From positions 101,494,001-101,558,000 of the forward strand of contig OX597818.1 in the NCBI GenBank assembly GCA_951406725.2: a stretch of DNA of 64,000 bases. Reading direction: 5' to 3'. The notes below the pieces were generated by a model. The model saw only the letters and a program-made list of their open reading frames with translations, made no database searches and was not told the DNA's origin. This document shows, in pieces, positions 43,308 through 57,620 of the stretch; the stretch's first letter is position 1, and every line of letters begins with the position of its first letter. The position numbers and the translations under genes are program-made. This DNA is from Octopus vulgaris. Lineage: Eukaryota.

Positions 43308-44885
43308 TCAATATAATTCAGTAGGTTTCTAGAAAATATCTAGTTATAAAGAAGCAAAATGAAAGTGGCCGTATTTTGTTGAACACAGGACGAATATACA
43401 TAGAAAGGGATGTTAACGCATGTGTAGTGCTTGCATGACCCTTACGTTGATTGGTTATCAACAGAATCCTATTTCAGCTGTTGTTCCTAATTTCGCAGAA
43501 AACAGTAAAATATTGAAAACAACATTTGGAAAATTAAGGTATAAAGAAATATCATTTTACAAGCCTGAAATAATACATGATATTACGTTTAACGATGTCA
43601 AAATAAACAACTGTTGGAATTACATTCTGAGGTAGAAAGTAAGAAGAGTCCCCATATTGCTAAATCTGGAATCGGTACACAATGTGATCAATTCACGATG
43701 TAACTTTATTTGAATATTTAATTAACTTTTGCTACTTACCTTTTTCCACACACTTTTAATTTGGTACATAACAAAGGTTAGAATGTTTGTTCTTAATATG
43801 TTATATGATCTAGTCATTCTCTTTGCATACTCATTTATTCTTGAATGTTAAGAGATGTTTCTTTTTGTTTCTCTCTCCCAATTTCTAAATGGCTTCGTTT
43901 TTATTTACCAGTCTCTAATATATATGATACACATGTTGAATTACGCAAACCCATCCATCTACATATGTGCACTCGTTTATTTCACAGACCTATACACCTG
44001 CCATATAATATAACGACAATGAAAATTTTGAAAGGTAAACACGCAAACTCACTGGTTTTCTACAAATATCATTCTGTGTGTTTCATCCAGGCATTTGAAG
44101 ATATACTTTTCAAAGTCGTCGATCAGAGCCTTGAAACCTTTTAAGCTTGAATGACAAAGAAGAAACTTATTAAACATAATTTTTCTCTCGATAATAAGTG
44201 ACAACTATACAAATTTTGTGCTTTCCATATTTATCAATTTGATTTTATTTTCGTATCGACAAAGTATTTCGATATGTCATTTCGCCAAATGCTGATCTGG
44301 TCGTACCATTATTTACAGTATGTCATATTACTATTGTCAGCCCTAAGGTGGTGAGTTAGTCGGACCTTTAGTACTTATCGGCTATTCCTCAGGCTATACG
44401 TTGTAATTTCAAACGCGCATAATCCTGCTAGTCAATAAAAGGGATCACTTACAAACTTGGTTCAATATGTCGATTGGCCACTACAAATTTTACCACAACA
44501 CATTTCGCGACTATGGTATAATGAATTTTCGTTTTTGACATTATTCATTCTAGATCTCAAAGTGTAACAATGGGGTTTAACGCAATTTAATCTTAGATGT
44601 TATAATCACTTTGAGAGGGCAGGGAAAAAATTGATACAAAATTAATCGAACAACTATACAACCTCACTATAAGGATACGATTAACTCCATTAAACTGTTG
44701 TATTAATATAATTCAGTAGGTTTCTAGAAAATATCTAGTTATAAAGAAAAAAATGAAAGTGGCCGTATTTTGTTGAACACAGGACGAACATACTTAGAAA
44801 GTGATGTTAACGCATGTGTGGTGCTTGCATGACCCATACGTTGATTGGTTATTAACAGAATCCTATTCCAGCTGTTGTTCCTAAT
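43308..44885 (+). repeat. ~185-bp direct duplication (43308-43490 and 44705-44885)
   Basis: aatataattcagtaggtttctag...gctgttgttcctaat occurs twice with few differences. Confidence 0.85.
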
Positions 44886-44939
44886 GAAGGCGTTATAATT
44901 CATTCATTAGTTTACAATAAAATATAGATAAATACTTAC

Positions 44940-44993
44940 AAACGAGCGTCTTGGAAGAGAACACTAGCGACATCTTGGCGTCTTATCTCGCGA
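44940..44993 (-). CDS. Predicted 54-nt phase-2 exon (REIRRQDVASVLFQDAR)
   Basis: Acceptor tttactcttttag|, donor |gtaagt; only phase 2 is open. Confidence 0.65.
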
Positions 44994-45637
44994 CTAAAAG
45001 AGTAAATTTTAAAAAGATATGAAGTTATATTAATTTCTCGCAACGATGTAAAATATTGTCATTAATGCACAAATTGTCATCGTTTTCAAAGATTTGTAAT
45101 TGTCAAAATATACAAGAACGTGTTACAAGAAAATATTCGAATACATAGATCTTCTGTGGAATTATATTTCATTTATGTATCTATTCGAAGTGAATAGAAA
45201 TAAATTACTGTAAGGAAAATATTGTTGTAACGACATGGTAAAAATCAAACAAGGAGTTCAGTTACTATTACACCTCATTCCACAATGAGGAATGACAAAT
45301 GATAAAAATTTCAATTTAAAAGATTATTTCTTTTGTTTTACATACGAAATAGAAGAACAAGCTCGCCGAATCCATAAAATAGATAAAGGTATGAATGTGC
45401 GTGTGTGTATGTGCGTATGCATGCCTGAACGTATGTCTGCACGCATGTGAGCATAAAGAGGTGCTAAAAACTTTCTGGTTTTAGAGGTATTGCAAAAGGC
45501 ACGGCTGGAGACCCAAAATTCATAATTGTTTTGCAGGGCTTAAAAAAACTCAAGGAATATTGCAATATGCGTACAAATCTGAATCTGTAAGGGGAATATT
45601 TGGAAGAATCTTTAAAGGATCTTTTCTTCAACTCCTC

Positions 45638-45676
<39 letters not shown>

Positions 45677-45789
45677 CTCGAAACGTTAAAGACTTGTTTT
45701 ATTTATATTTCCTGAGCGCCATACTAATACAATTGTTTGTTTGTTTTCCACCTGCCTTCGTCTTTTGTCTATTTTCATAAAGCTTCCCG

Positions 45790-46331
<542 letters not shown>

Positions 46332-46364
46332 TATGTATATATATATATATATATATATGTATTT

Positions 46365-46658
46365 CTCGACCAGACTATCAGATGTTGCTACACGTCGCTG
46401 GTCACAATACGCTTCGTATTATTTTAGCCTTCAAATGACGCCACCCAACAGGCTAAGAGAGCAGGCCAATAGACGAAAGAGTGAGAGAAAGTTGTGGCGA
46501 AAGAGTACAGCAGGGATCGCCACCACCCCCTACCGGAGCCTCGCCGAGCTTTTAGGTGTTTTCTCTCGATAAACACACACAACAGCCGGTCAGGGAATCG
46601 AAACCGCGATCCTCCCACCGCAAGTCCGCTGCCCTAACCACTGGGCCATTGCGCCTCC
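46365..46658 (-). mobile_element. tRNA-derived SINE (truncated relative at 50284-50402)
   Basis: Minus strand tggcccagtgg ... gtttcgattcc. Confidence 0.8.
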
Positions 46659-46868
46659 ATACACACACGCACACACACACACACACGCATATATATATAT
46701 AATTGTAATTTAGGGTATCTAAGAGATACCGCCTCGCTGAAATAGCAGTCAACCTTGACTCTAAAACCACATTAAACGTCTACTATTTCTAGCGTGGATG
46801 TATCTCTTAGATACACTAAATTATTATTTTAATTAAGATCGGTATTTGAATATAGATCTTATCTTTAG

Positions 46869-46965
<97 letters not shown>

Positions 46966-47051
46966 ATTTTATGTTCATATATATATATATATATATATAT
47001 GCTGGCCACCTGATAAGATCGGTATTTTAATATCGATCTTATACTTAGTTT

Positions 47052-47130
<79 letters not shown>

Positions 47131-47147
47131 CTAAAGATAAGATCTAT

Positions 47148-49920
47148 CACACACAACGGCTACTGTGAATCAGTCACCGTGCACAACAAAGCCAATGACC
47201 TGACAGTAATTGGGCTCTATAGGCCGCCCCAAACACCCATACTGTGCTTTAAATAATGCCTCAACAGCATTAAGTGCTTTATTCAACAGTGCCATTCTAG
47301 CAACATACTCATGATGGGAGACTTCAATCTACCCTGTGTTGACTGGACTACAAACTGTTTGAAACCAAGCACTCCCGCCTCAACCGCTGACAAAGAAGCA
47401 GCAGAGTCACTTTTCGACTTTACGAATGAGTTTTTCTTGTCCCAACTTGTCCTTGCACCAACAAGACATCAGAACATTTTGGACCTAGTGTTTAGTAACC
47501 ACACTAACACTATACATAACGTTGCAGTGGAAAAAAACCCTTCTTTCAGACCATGACATGGTTCTCTGTAACATGAAATTCCACCAGCCGAAAGCTAATC
47601 CTAGTGACCTTCCTCCAGCCCACCCATTTGACAACAAGGATCTCCATAAAGCCAACTGGGATGCAATCAGGAACGAGCTATCAAATGTTGACTGGTCCTT
47701 TACACATACACACATCTCCACCAACCATAAAACATCTTGGCAGATCTTTGTAGACACCGTCACAGACATATGTGCAAAACACTCCCCACCAAGACCTGTG
47801 AACAAAAAGTGCAGAATCCCCCAAAACAGAAAAAACCATTATCAGAAAAATAAAAAGAACAAACAAAAAAATTAACAAACTAAAGTACTGCCAACAGCAA
47901 CACACACATTCGACGGCTATCGCACTGCTTGAATCCCAAAAATATAACCTCCAACAATGCATGAAGACCCTCATCAATAACCAAAGATCAGCTGAGGAGA
48001 AGTGGGCCATTGAAAAAATCAAACTCAACCCCAAAGTGTTCTTTTCATTTGCGAGGAAACGCATGATCACTGTCTCCACTGTAGGCCCTCTAATTGACGA
48101 AACTGGCACTCTCCAAGATAATGCCAAATCCATGGCCGAGATACTGCAGAAACAATACTGCTCTGTTTTCAGCAATCCTGATATGGCCGATCTGGGCTGT
48201 ATCAGTGATGTCAACCCCCAACACACTATATCGGACATAACGTTTAGTGCCCCTGATGTCTTAGCGGCGATAAACGAAATAAAACACAATTCAGCAGTAG
48301 GCCCCGATAGGTTCCCTGCTTGTGTCCTGAAGGTGTGTCGACACCAACTTGCATCTCCCCTTGCTAATCTGTGGCGAAACTCACTGGATGCTGGCTATAT
48401 TCCAAAAAACCTTCTGTCCCAGTCTTGTCCCAGTTTTCAAAAGGGAAACAAGTCCCTTGCAGTGAATTACCGTCCGATCTCACTCACCTCTCATATCATC
48501 AAGGTATTTGAGAGGGTGGTGAGATCTCGAATAACCCAATTTCTGGAAAGCAACAGACGGCTGATCTCCAACCAACATGGGTTCCGTAATGGAAGGGACT
48601 GCCTAACGCAGCTCCTGCATCACTTTGAGGACATTTTGAGAGCTTTGGGAGAGGGCTCCAACACCGATGTCATCTACCTTGATTTCAGTAAGGCCTTCGA
48701 CAGGGTCGATCACAAGATCCTATTGAAAAAACTATCCAACATTGGTGTCTCTGGAAAGTTACTGAAATGGATTAAGTGTTTCCTGACAGACAGATCTCAA
48801 CATGTTGTAGTTGAAGGGGTAAAATCAAGCCCAGCCAAAGTCAGTAGTGGAGTTCCGCAAGGCACTGTGCTGGGCCCACTTCTTTTCATCATTTACATTA
48901 ATGACATTAATGACATCATCAAGCACAGCAACATAAAAATCTTTGCAGATGACTCCAAGCTACAGAAGGTCATAAATGAGGCGAGTGACCGGACATGCCT
49001 TCAGTCAGATCTACTGGCTGTTATCCAATGGGCAGAAAAAAACAATATGCTGCTGAACGAGGATAAATTTGAGCTAATCCACTTTGGAAAAGAGGATGCC
49101 CTGAAACTCCCATACTCCCTTCCTTCAGGTGAAACTCTCGCGGCGTCCAACAACATCAGAGACTTGGGAGTAATTGTGGACAACAACGTAAGCTGGGCCA
49201 CTCATATAAACACCAAAGTTGACATGGCCCGCAGAATGTGTTCCTGGATTCTCAGAACTTTCCAGTCGAGAGATATCCACACCATTATCCTTCTCTTCTC
49301 CACTTTTGCCCGACCCCACCTTGAATACTGTTGTCCACTGTGGTCTCCCCACACAATACAAGGTATCATAAAAGTTGAAGTACCTCAAAGGGCAATCACA
49401 AAAAAGATAGATGGCATGACAGGCCTCGACTATTGGGGTCGACTAGAAAAGCTAAAACTCTATTCTCTCCAACGTCGTCGTGAGCGCTACATCATCTGCA
49501 TGATGTGGAAAATATTCCATCAGCATTGCCCAAATGATGTTGGCATCACCTTTAAGGTACATCCAAGGCTTGGGCCCCGCGCCATCCGCCCAAAACAAAA
49601 ATCGCACTCTCATCTCATAACAACAATACGGCACAATTATTTCACCTCAATTGGCCCCGCTCTCTTTAACATTACACCAAAACACATTAAAACAGAAACT
49701 GACCCTATAGGGTTCAAGAAGTCTTTGGACAGATTCCTTCAAGAAATCCCGGATAAACCCCCTACACCCGGATATGTCTCTGTAAACAATAACTCTCTAC
49801 TTGAGTGGGCCATAGTGCCCAAATTCTGACTTGAAAGACTTCACCAGGTGGTGCTATTAAGTTAGACATGGCCTGGGCCAATAATGGCCGAAACCTATCA
49901 AAGTATCAAAGTATCAAAGT
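47148..49920 (+). mobile_element. 5'-truncated CR1/L2-group LINE (disrupted APE endonuclease + RT)
   Basis: GLYRPP, GDFNLP, LDLVF and SDH motifs with a stop and frameshifts; 3' (TATCAAAG)n tail. Confidence 0.92.
47961..49829 (+). CDS. LINE ORF2 reverse transcriptase portion (622 aa)
   Basis: YRPISLTS, QHGFR, YLDFSKAFDRV, GVPQGTVLGPLLF, IFADD, DLGV. Confidence 0.92.
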   Translation: MKTLINNQRSAEEKWAIEKIKLNPKVFFSFARKRMITVSTVGPLIDETGTLQDNAKSMAEILQKQYCSVFSNPDMADLGCISDVNPQHTISDITFSAPDVLAAINEIKHNSAVGPDRFPACVLKVCRHQLASPLANLWRNSLDAGYIPKNLLSQSCPSFQKGNKSLAVNYRPISLTSHIIKVFERVVRSRITQFLESNRRLISNQHGFRNGRDCLTQLLHHFEDILRALGEGSNTDVIYLDFSKAFDRVDHKILLKKLSNIGVSGKLLKWIKCFLTDRSQHVVVEGVKSSPAKVSSGVPQGTVLGPLLFIIYINDINDIIKHSNIKIFADDSKLQKVINEASDRTCLQSDLLAVIQWAEKNNMLLNEDKFELIHFGKEDALKLPYSLPSGETLAASNNIRDLGVIVDNNVSWATHINTKVDMARRMCSWILRTFQSRDIHTIILLFSTFARPHLEYCCPLWSPHTIQGIIKVEVPQRAITKKIDGMTGLDYWGRLEKLKLYSLQRRRERYIICMMWKIFHQHCPNDVGITFKVHPRLGPRAIRPKQKSHSHLITTIRHNYFTSIGPALFNITPKHIKTETDPIGFKKSLDRFLQEIPDKPPTPGYVSVNNNSLLEWAIVPKF

Positions 49921-50400
49921 ATATTCAAATACCGAACTTAATTAAAATAATAATTTAGGGTATCTACGAGATACATCCACGCTAGAAATAGTAGACATTT
50001 AATGTGGTTTTAGAGTCAAGTTTGACTGCTATTTCAGCGTGGCGGTATCTCTTAGATACCCTAAATTACAATTATATATATATATATATATAGTTGAAAA
50101 ACAGAATATGAAGCCCGGTGTCTAAATAACAAAAAGCTGGAGTAGGGTAACGCTCTGGAAGTTGAGGAAGTCTTTTACGTTTCAAACGTACGCTCTTCAA
50201 CAGGAACACTCGGAAATGAACAGAGCGAGAACACACACACACACACACAGACAAACCCACCCACCCACACACATATGTATATAGCTCGTGGAGCTTTATG
50301 TGTTTTCGCTCAATAAACACTCACAGCGCCCGGTCTGGGAATCGAAACTACGATCCTACGATTGCAAGTCCGCTGCCCTAACCACAGGGCCATCGCGCCT

Positions 50401-50475
<75 letters not shown>

Positions 50476-50566
50476 AATATATATATATATACATATAATT
50501 ATATATATACATATATAAATGTTGTGCCAATTCACAATAGAAAGTTATTAATTCAAATGAACTTAC

Positions 50567-50593
50567 TCCCTCCAGTTATCGGTATTGTGTTTT
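50567..50593 (-). CDS. Predicted 27-nt micro-exon (KHNTDNWR)
   Basis: Acceptor attcttcctttttag|, donor |gtaagt; phase-2 frame open. Confidence 0.65.
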
Positions 50594-50789
50594 CTAAAAA
50601 GGAAGAATATTGAGAAATTAATGTTTCCTGAATAATGCAGAACCGGATTATTTTTGAAACATCAGAAAGCAGTTGAAAGGCAAAAGATTTTCAGGAATTT
50701 GAACAAATATATAACAATAAATTGACTATGAAAAAGATAGCACAACACATATTTTTCTTAGGACGAGCATAATGACACAGCAGATATAA

Positions 50790-51131
50790 AGGGTAAAGAC
50801 CCCCTTCGGTCATGAATGACCATGGGATTGCACCTAGAAAGTTACCCTCCTAGACACATGTCTGGGCAAGGTTGTTTTTATGGAAGGCCAGCAGTCGCCC
50901 ATGCATACCAGCCTCCCTCTCCACGCCACCAGTGTTATCCAAGGGAAAGACAAAGGTCGATACAGCTTGGCACCAGTGACGTCGCAACTCATTTCTACAG
51001 CTGAGTGAACTGGAGCAACGTGAAGTAAAGTGCCTTGCTCGAGAACACAACTCGCAGCCCGGTCCGGGATTCGAGCTCACAACCTCACGATCGTAAGCTC
51101 GACGCTCTAACCACTGAGCCATGCGCCTTCA
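50790..51131 (-). mobile_element. Full-length tRNA-derived SINE with target-site duplication
   Basis: A and B boxes on -; cacagcagatataa on both flanks. Confidence 0.88.
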
Positions 51132-52059
51132 CAGCAGATATAAGGTGTATATATATATATATATATATCTGTGTTTGCATGTGTGTATGTTTGTCCCATC
51201 ACACACAACGCTTGAGAACAGCGTTGGATTATGGTTATATCGCCGCAACATTATGGTTCTACAACTGAGTTAGATAGAATAATTACCAGGCTTAAAATCT
51301 AACTAACGACGAATCATGTGACTAAATAGTCTTCACGGCATTTTTTCACCAGTATAAGCATTCTAATTTTCACACCTACATTTGGACACCACTGTAAGTG
51401 TAAATGTGTCATTGGCATTAAACGTTTTTGAAACATATTATATAAATGGGACAAGCATTCATGTCAGAGAATTGTAACATTATATCTGTGGAAAATTCAT
51501 GGATGCGTAATAATAATAGCTTCGTAATATAGATATTAATTGCGCGACTAGCAAGCGGTTGGACATTAACGTTTGCGACAGGAGGGTTGTGTGAAAAGCA
51601 AAGCTTATTGCATCCCCTCATAGCAGAGTAAAGGCAGTGAAGCACTTTGATATTGGTATTCATTTTGTGGTCGCCAGTCTTGATAGTCTTTATACAGGAG
51701 GTATATTTTTTTTACAATCTAAGCTATTAAATCCTGAGTTAAATATATAAAATGTGGGACATGCATAATTATTATTTTCATATATTCTGTGTTTATGTAT
51801 GGGTTTAGTGGAAGAAGATTGGTAAGAAATGTGGTATATATTCTGAAGCTTATTGTGCAGGTAATATTGGATGCTCTTATTTTAGAAGGAGGAGTAGTGA
51901 TCATGATATATAAGCTCTCCTTGGACAGTGTTCCTAATGTGGGTTTTATAAAATTTCCTTCTTTTTGGAACGCTTTGATATTAGGGTAACTAAAACATGT
52001 CAATATCATGCAGTAAGTAACGATTGAAAATGTCTGCGAATGAAAGGCCCAATACTTAC

Positions 52060-52095
52060 ATTTCGAAACGTATTTCTTTCATGAATTTCTCATCG
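52060..52095 (-). CDS. Predicted 36-nt micro-exon (DEKFMKEIRFE)
   Basis: Acceptor cattttaatttcag|, donor |gtaagt; phase-2 frame open. Confidence 0.65.
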
Positions 52096-54110
52096 CTGAA
52101 ATTAAAATGTGCATGACCCTGTAGTTTTAGCAGGATTTTAATCAATCAAATAATCGGTTAATCAACAGATACATGTGTAATAATATAAATGCATGCATAT
52201 TTATATAATGTCTGTAAATACATACACAAGTGACATAATACACAAATATATATTATACATATAAATATGTATATGTATGTTCTGCGTGCGTGTGTGTGTG
52301 TCTATGTGTGTAATATATTCCGGTTGGTGATGGTCGGTCATAAAGTTACAATTAATTTCCCGTTTTGTCTTGCTCTTAGCAATATAGGCGGTCCTTCAGA
52401 TTAGCTGGATGGAAACGCATAACCTGCTTACTAATGGAGGTGAGAAATAGCCTTTTGCCATCCACGTTGTGAATACATTCCTGAAATGAAAATTTTGGAT
52501 GCGAAAACCTCTTATGCGTCATATAGAATTAACTCCCTTACAATGTACGATTTTCTTCACTAGTCATCAAACAGAGAAGCTCCATAATACAATATGAATT
52601 TTCTCACATGAAGGCACCGATTAAACTGTTAAATTTCTGAATTTTTAAGGAGGCCCCAGTGTTACGAAATTTAAAAAATTTATTGAGCTCTCTGGCAATT
52701 ATAATCTAAGTTTTTACAAAGCTTCCATTGAATGCTGTACGGTCTTCATTTTTCTTTTAAATGCCATGTGTTGTTAACCAAAGGCGTAAAGATGCGTGTC
52801 CTTTGATTGACTGTTGTTATCAACACTACATCTACCATATTCGAAGACATGCAATTAGTACTTCCCGAATAGTTCACTTTCATTCTACATTCTCACTGTA
52901 TGCCGCTGCCTCTCATCCCTCTCCCTAGTAGTCTCAAGAACGCCTCATTTACCCGCTCATCCTAATTCAGTCATATGCATCCCTGTTCAGACATTGCTTT
53001 TAGTTCAATACAGTTCACACAATGCTTCTTACAAAAATGCAAGGAATAGAAAAATATGAAGTCTTCGTAATAATCCGCTGCATTGCTTTTTCCTACCATA
53101 ATTTATTCGAAATAACGTTTCAAAATTTCTTTTTTTTTTATATAACACCCACCATGTGAAATATATGAATATAAATACATCCACCTTCAAGTGGTTCTCC
53201 TTTTTGCACAAAGGAAACTAAGCTATATGTATCCACATAATATTTATTGGGTTACGTTTTCACTTTTATCCGACTCTGTAGGAGATATTTTGACCTTTAA
53301 TTTTTCATCCACTTTGTTTCGACAGTATTCAAACAGACTGATTAGACTATGTCATTCCGTTGGTAATTAACAAAATTGAAATACTTTTATAGGAATATAC
53401 GATTTTTTAAAGCTATAGTTTCAATTTTACTTAAAAAGGTGTATTCTTTATCTTTCTTCTTTTACTTGTTTCAGTCAATACACGGTGGCTTTACTGAGTC
53501 GCAGACGTAGGAAATTATTCAGTTGAATGAATTGACAACAGTGCAAACTGATTTAGCTTCGTAATTATTAATTTTGGTCTCTTTTCCCGAACATCCACGT
53601 TATGAGGACGGAAACACAGAGCACTGTTTGGTAACAGGTGATTAGGGACGTACACAGAAACATAAACACACGCATACGTATACATATACGAACACTCAAA
53701 CACATGCACACATTCATATATGCATCTGATATGATTCTTTCACTTTCCGTCGACCAAATCCACACCAAATGCTTTAGATGGTTCGAGGGTACAGCAGGAG
53801 ACAACCAAGGTGCCACACATTGAAACTTAACCCGGAACCATGTATTAGAGGGGAAAGCTTTTTTACACATAGCCGAACCTGTGCTTATGTACATAGAGTT
53901 AAATATCCAAATATCTTCATTAATGTAACTATGCATTTTTCTTATTTGTGTGAAAGGATAATTCAATAAATTTTATGATCCAATAGTTAAGTTGCAGTAT
54001 TCAGTATAGGGCGTTGCACATCGTGGTCTGGATGACACACCTCATTTTATTTAGAGTTTCCGGTATATAATGACGCAAATATGGACACATACACACACAT
54101 ATCTTTCAAT

Positions 54111-54225
54111 ATACGAGGGGTGTATGAAAAGTCTTGAACCTCAAAAGAAAAACATAACATGGTAAAAGTCTTCTGACGAAGGTACAGGACTTGACGGTTC
54201 AAATCTTTTCACACACCCCACGTAT
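54111..54225. mobile_element. Mariner-type MITE
   Basis: tacgaggggtgtatgaaaag ... cttttcacacaccccacgta inverted ends with TA. Confidence 0.6.
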
Positions 54226-54236
54226 TTTTGCTTATA

Positions 54237-54740
54237 GCGGCGAGCTGGCAGAAACGTTAGCACGCCGGGCGAAGTGCCGTTACGTCCTGAATTTAAATAC
54301 CGCCGAGGTCGACTTTCCCTTTCATCCTTTCGGGCTCGATTAAATAAGTACCATTTACGCACTGGGGTCGATGTAATCAACTTAATCGGTGTGTCTTTCC
54401 TTGTCTATCGCCTCTATGTTTAAACCCTTGTGGGCAATAAAGAAACAGGTATTTCGTCAGCGCTATGTTCTGAGTTCAAATTAGGCCGAGGTGGACATTA
54501 CCTTTCATCATTTCAGGGTCAATAAATTAAGTACCATCTACTCGCTAGGGTCGATATAATCGACATAAACCGTTTGTCTCTCCATGTTTGTCTCCTCTGT
54601 ATTTAGCTCATTGTGGGTAGTAAAGAAATAGGTATTTCGTCTGTCTGTATGTTCTGAGTTCAAATTACGCTGAGGTCGACTTTGCCTTTCATCCTTTCAG
54701 GGTCGATAAATTAAGTACCACATGCGTTCCGGGTCGATTG
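54237..54740 (+). mobile_element. Trimeric tRNA-derived SINE array
   Basis: Head gcggcgagctggcagaaacgttagc; three repeats of ..ctttcatcctttc..aagtacc. Confidence 0.82.
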
Positions 54741-54987
54741 GGAGGGGACCCTGTACCTAGTGTAAAACACAATATATGTATGCTTATGTATGTATCTACA
54801 TAATGATTTCATTTTTATATTTACCCATTTAGGTAATATGAAAATCATTTAAGTTATACACGACAATACTTATGTTTATGAATGTCAGAATATAGTTATT
54901 CACTTGTAGCAAATACAAGTTCTGTTTCAGCAATAAATATAGAAACAATTAAACATGAAGTAGGAAAATATTTATAAATCTACTTAC

Positions 54988-55026
54988 ACCAATTCACTTA
55001 CGAAAGGGACGAATCTTAATTTGATA
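54988..55026 (-). CDS. Predicted 39-nt micro-exon (IKLRFVPFVSEL) with two tandem GTAAGT donors
   Basis: Acceptor ttcattttttattatag|. Donors lie after 25 nt (changes frame) and after 39 nt (symmetric). Confidence 0.55.
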
Positions 55027-55119
55027 CTATAATAAAAAATGAATTTATTTCATCAATTATATTCTTTGAAGAGTAGTGTATGTGTAAAATTGTTAATTAA
55101 TATTTGAAAGAATACTTAC

Positions 55120-55203
55120 TTTGTAATAAACTTATTGCGCTCCTTGAATTGTCTCCTTACATAAATTTCGATATGATACAAGCATAAACTTGTGTCTTCT
55201 TCA
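55120..55203 (-). CDS. Predicted 36- or 84-nt phase-2 exon (..RQFKERNKFIT)
   Basis: Strong donor |gtaagt. Two weak in-frame aag acceptors (exon starts 55155 or 55203); only phase 2 is open over the 84 nt. Confidence 0.42.
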
Positions 55204-56083
55204 CTTAAGTATTTTTCGAAATAAATTTACTATGCCATTCTCTAACAGTTTGAATTTATTCCGATTTAGTCATCATCATGTATGTTATTTAAAATCCACA
55301 TGCACTAGTTACTTTTCTATATTAAGCGCAAGTGCTTTGGCAAAATCTCTGATTAATTGAAAATTCATTTGTCAAAATTATTCCATCATACGTATATCCG
55401 TCGCATGATATATTCTTTGAAAGTCAAACATGTCTATATATTAATCAAAGAATATTTGAAATGCTAGCTGGATTTTCTATGTAATTCATTGGTAAAATAT
55501 ATTAGCGACATGTCAATATATATATCGAGAGGTAATATTTGTCTCCTCTTAAACGATGTTGTTCTCTTAGAACATACATTACTACAGCAGTTACTACGAG
55601 AGAAACTCTCTCACTGGCTTTTTGGCAAACAGTCCACAAGTTTAAATTTCTTAAGCGTTGGAGGTTCAAATCGCTAAAAATAGTGAAAAGTGAAGATTTA
55701 TCCATCACTACTTCTAGTGCTGACACCACCAGATCATGTGATCTCGACGTTGTTTTATCATGTCAATGATGGACACTCGATCTCAAGAGACAGCAGTGAT
55801 TCATCTCAATGCCAGCGCTGAATAGATTCACAGTGTCAGAACAGGCGCTGGTGTTGCCATTAGCTATTTATCTTAAGTAGAGCAGACATATGTCCTCCAC
55901 ACAGCGGTATAAATATGAGTGCATTTTGCACCAAAGGAAAGAAAACGCGTGTTTCTCTCATGGTAACGGTAAAATTTATACTAAAAGAACATCCAAGTAC
56001 GACTAAATAAATACTTTCCTGAGATTTATTCATATTTGAAGCACGACATTTTGATAAGCATGAGATAATAAAGGAAGACTTAC

Positions 56084-56098
56084 GATGTAAGAGGAGGG
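56084..56098 (-). CDS. Predicted 15-nt micro-exon (PPLT)
   Basis: Acceptor ttatttttgttgtattttacag|, donor |gtaagt. Confidence 0.62.
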
Positions 56099-56526
56099 CT
56101 GTAAAATACAACAAAAATAACAATATGTCAATATAAAAGAACGCCACATGAAAGCATGAATACATGAATTACATGAGAGTTTGCGGTTGTTTGTGTGTGT
56201 ATGTATGTGTTTGTGTGTGTGTGTGTGTGTCTCTCTGTTTGTATGTGTGCTTATGTACGGGTGCGTGCGCGGATGTGTGTAATTATGGTCAGTCTGTTTC
56301 ATAGTGCCACTACGAAACGAAGAAGATACCTTCCCTTGCCTTGAGACCAATATTTCTGTTTCAGTTGTCCTAGCACCTTCGTGCCATTAAATGCCTTGGG
56401 TGATATTTTAGAACTAATGCACACCATTTCTCCCCATACAGTTCTCTATTTAAGAGATGACGAATTACGTACATCATTTATATTATGTACATTCGACAAA
56501 CATATTTCCTCATCTTATTTCTTGTT

Positions 56527-56572
56527 AACACAACGTTTCGGTAGACATGCGCTCCAGGCTTCATCAGGTGTT
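56527..56572 (-). ncRNA. Degenerate minimal hammerhead in a Penelope-type fragment (relative at 60648-60693 on +)
   Basis: aacac-CTGATGA-...-CGAAACGTT-gtgtt with decayed stem II. The other copy keeps stem II but has a mutated core. Confidence 0.55.
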
Positions 56573-56657
56573 CTGGGGAAATTTGGAACCTGGGTTCTAA
56601 TTTCTAAGGTTTTTTCGACGTTATAATAATAATAATAACAACAACAACAACAACACC

Positions 56658-56713
<56 letters not shown>

Positions 56714-56922
56714 TAATTGTAATAATAATAATAATAATAATTATTATAATAATAATAATAATAATAATAATGATAATTATAATAATAATAATAATGAGAA
56801 TGATAATGGTAATAACAATAATAATAATAATAATAATAATAATCCATCTTTTTCTGCGTCCTCTTTTTCTTCTTATCATTCTGCTTCTTCTTCTTCTTCT
56901 TCTTCTTCTTCTGATTATTATA

Positions 56923-57018
<96 letters not shown>

Positions 57019-57520
57019 GTCTTTGCACAGCCTCTAACGCTGGAAATGTATTACAGTGTCTGCTGATCACTACCAATGAACTAAGGTAACATTTCATATT
57101 TTTCGAGCACCGTCCGGAGAGCGGTGCTGCTTTCTACAAGTGCTCCACCCTTATTGCAACCACTATTTGTTCCATATACATCTCAAGATTTTTGTTCACT
57201 GTTCCTAGGTCTCCGACAATTATTGGTACTGCTTCTACCCAAGCTAACATGTCATATCAATCGACATTTCTTTCTTCTTTATTGCATATCTTGTTGTCAG
57301 CTGGGCATGCTATATCTCTGATCCAGCATAGTTTGGTTTCTTTCTAAATTAAGACTATATCTGGTTTCCTATTATGGATCTCATAGACGCATTGGATAAT
57401 AAAATCCCACAGGATCTTCGCAATATCGTTTTCGAGTGCTGGTGGTACCAATATTTTGCTCCGTCAAGTCCATTCATGTTGAAAAGTGTCCAATGTAGAG
57501 ACTTGATACAATTGTCGGAA
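57019..57520 (-). mobile_element. Degenerate Dong/R4 RLE fragment in (TTA)n
   Basis: ENDIAKILWDF..RKPDIV..DIACPAD..VPIIVGDLG on -. Confidence 0.7.
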
Positions 57521-57537
57521 TAATAATAATAATAATG

Positions 57538-57620
<83 letters not shown>

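Larger units (their letters stand above)
46701..50072. repeat. Inverted pair of ~170-bp MITE-like units; the right unit is split by a LINE
   Basis: 46701-46870 is the reverse complement of 47129-47147 joined to 49921-50072. Each unit has internal inverted ends (aatttagggtatct..gagatac). Confidence 0.8.

Noticed and set aside
49870-49900. Hammerhead at the LINE 3' end (ggcca..tggcc-GAAAC)
   Set aside because: No CUGANGA core and no stems I or III; treated as a 3' stem-loop.
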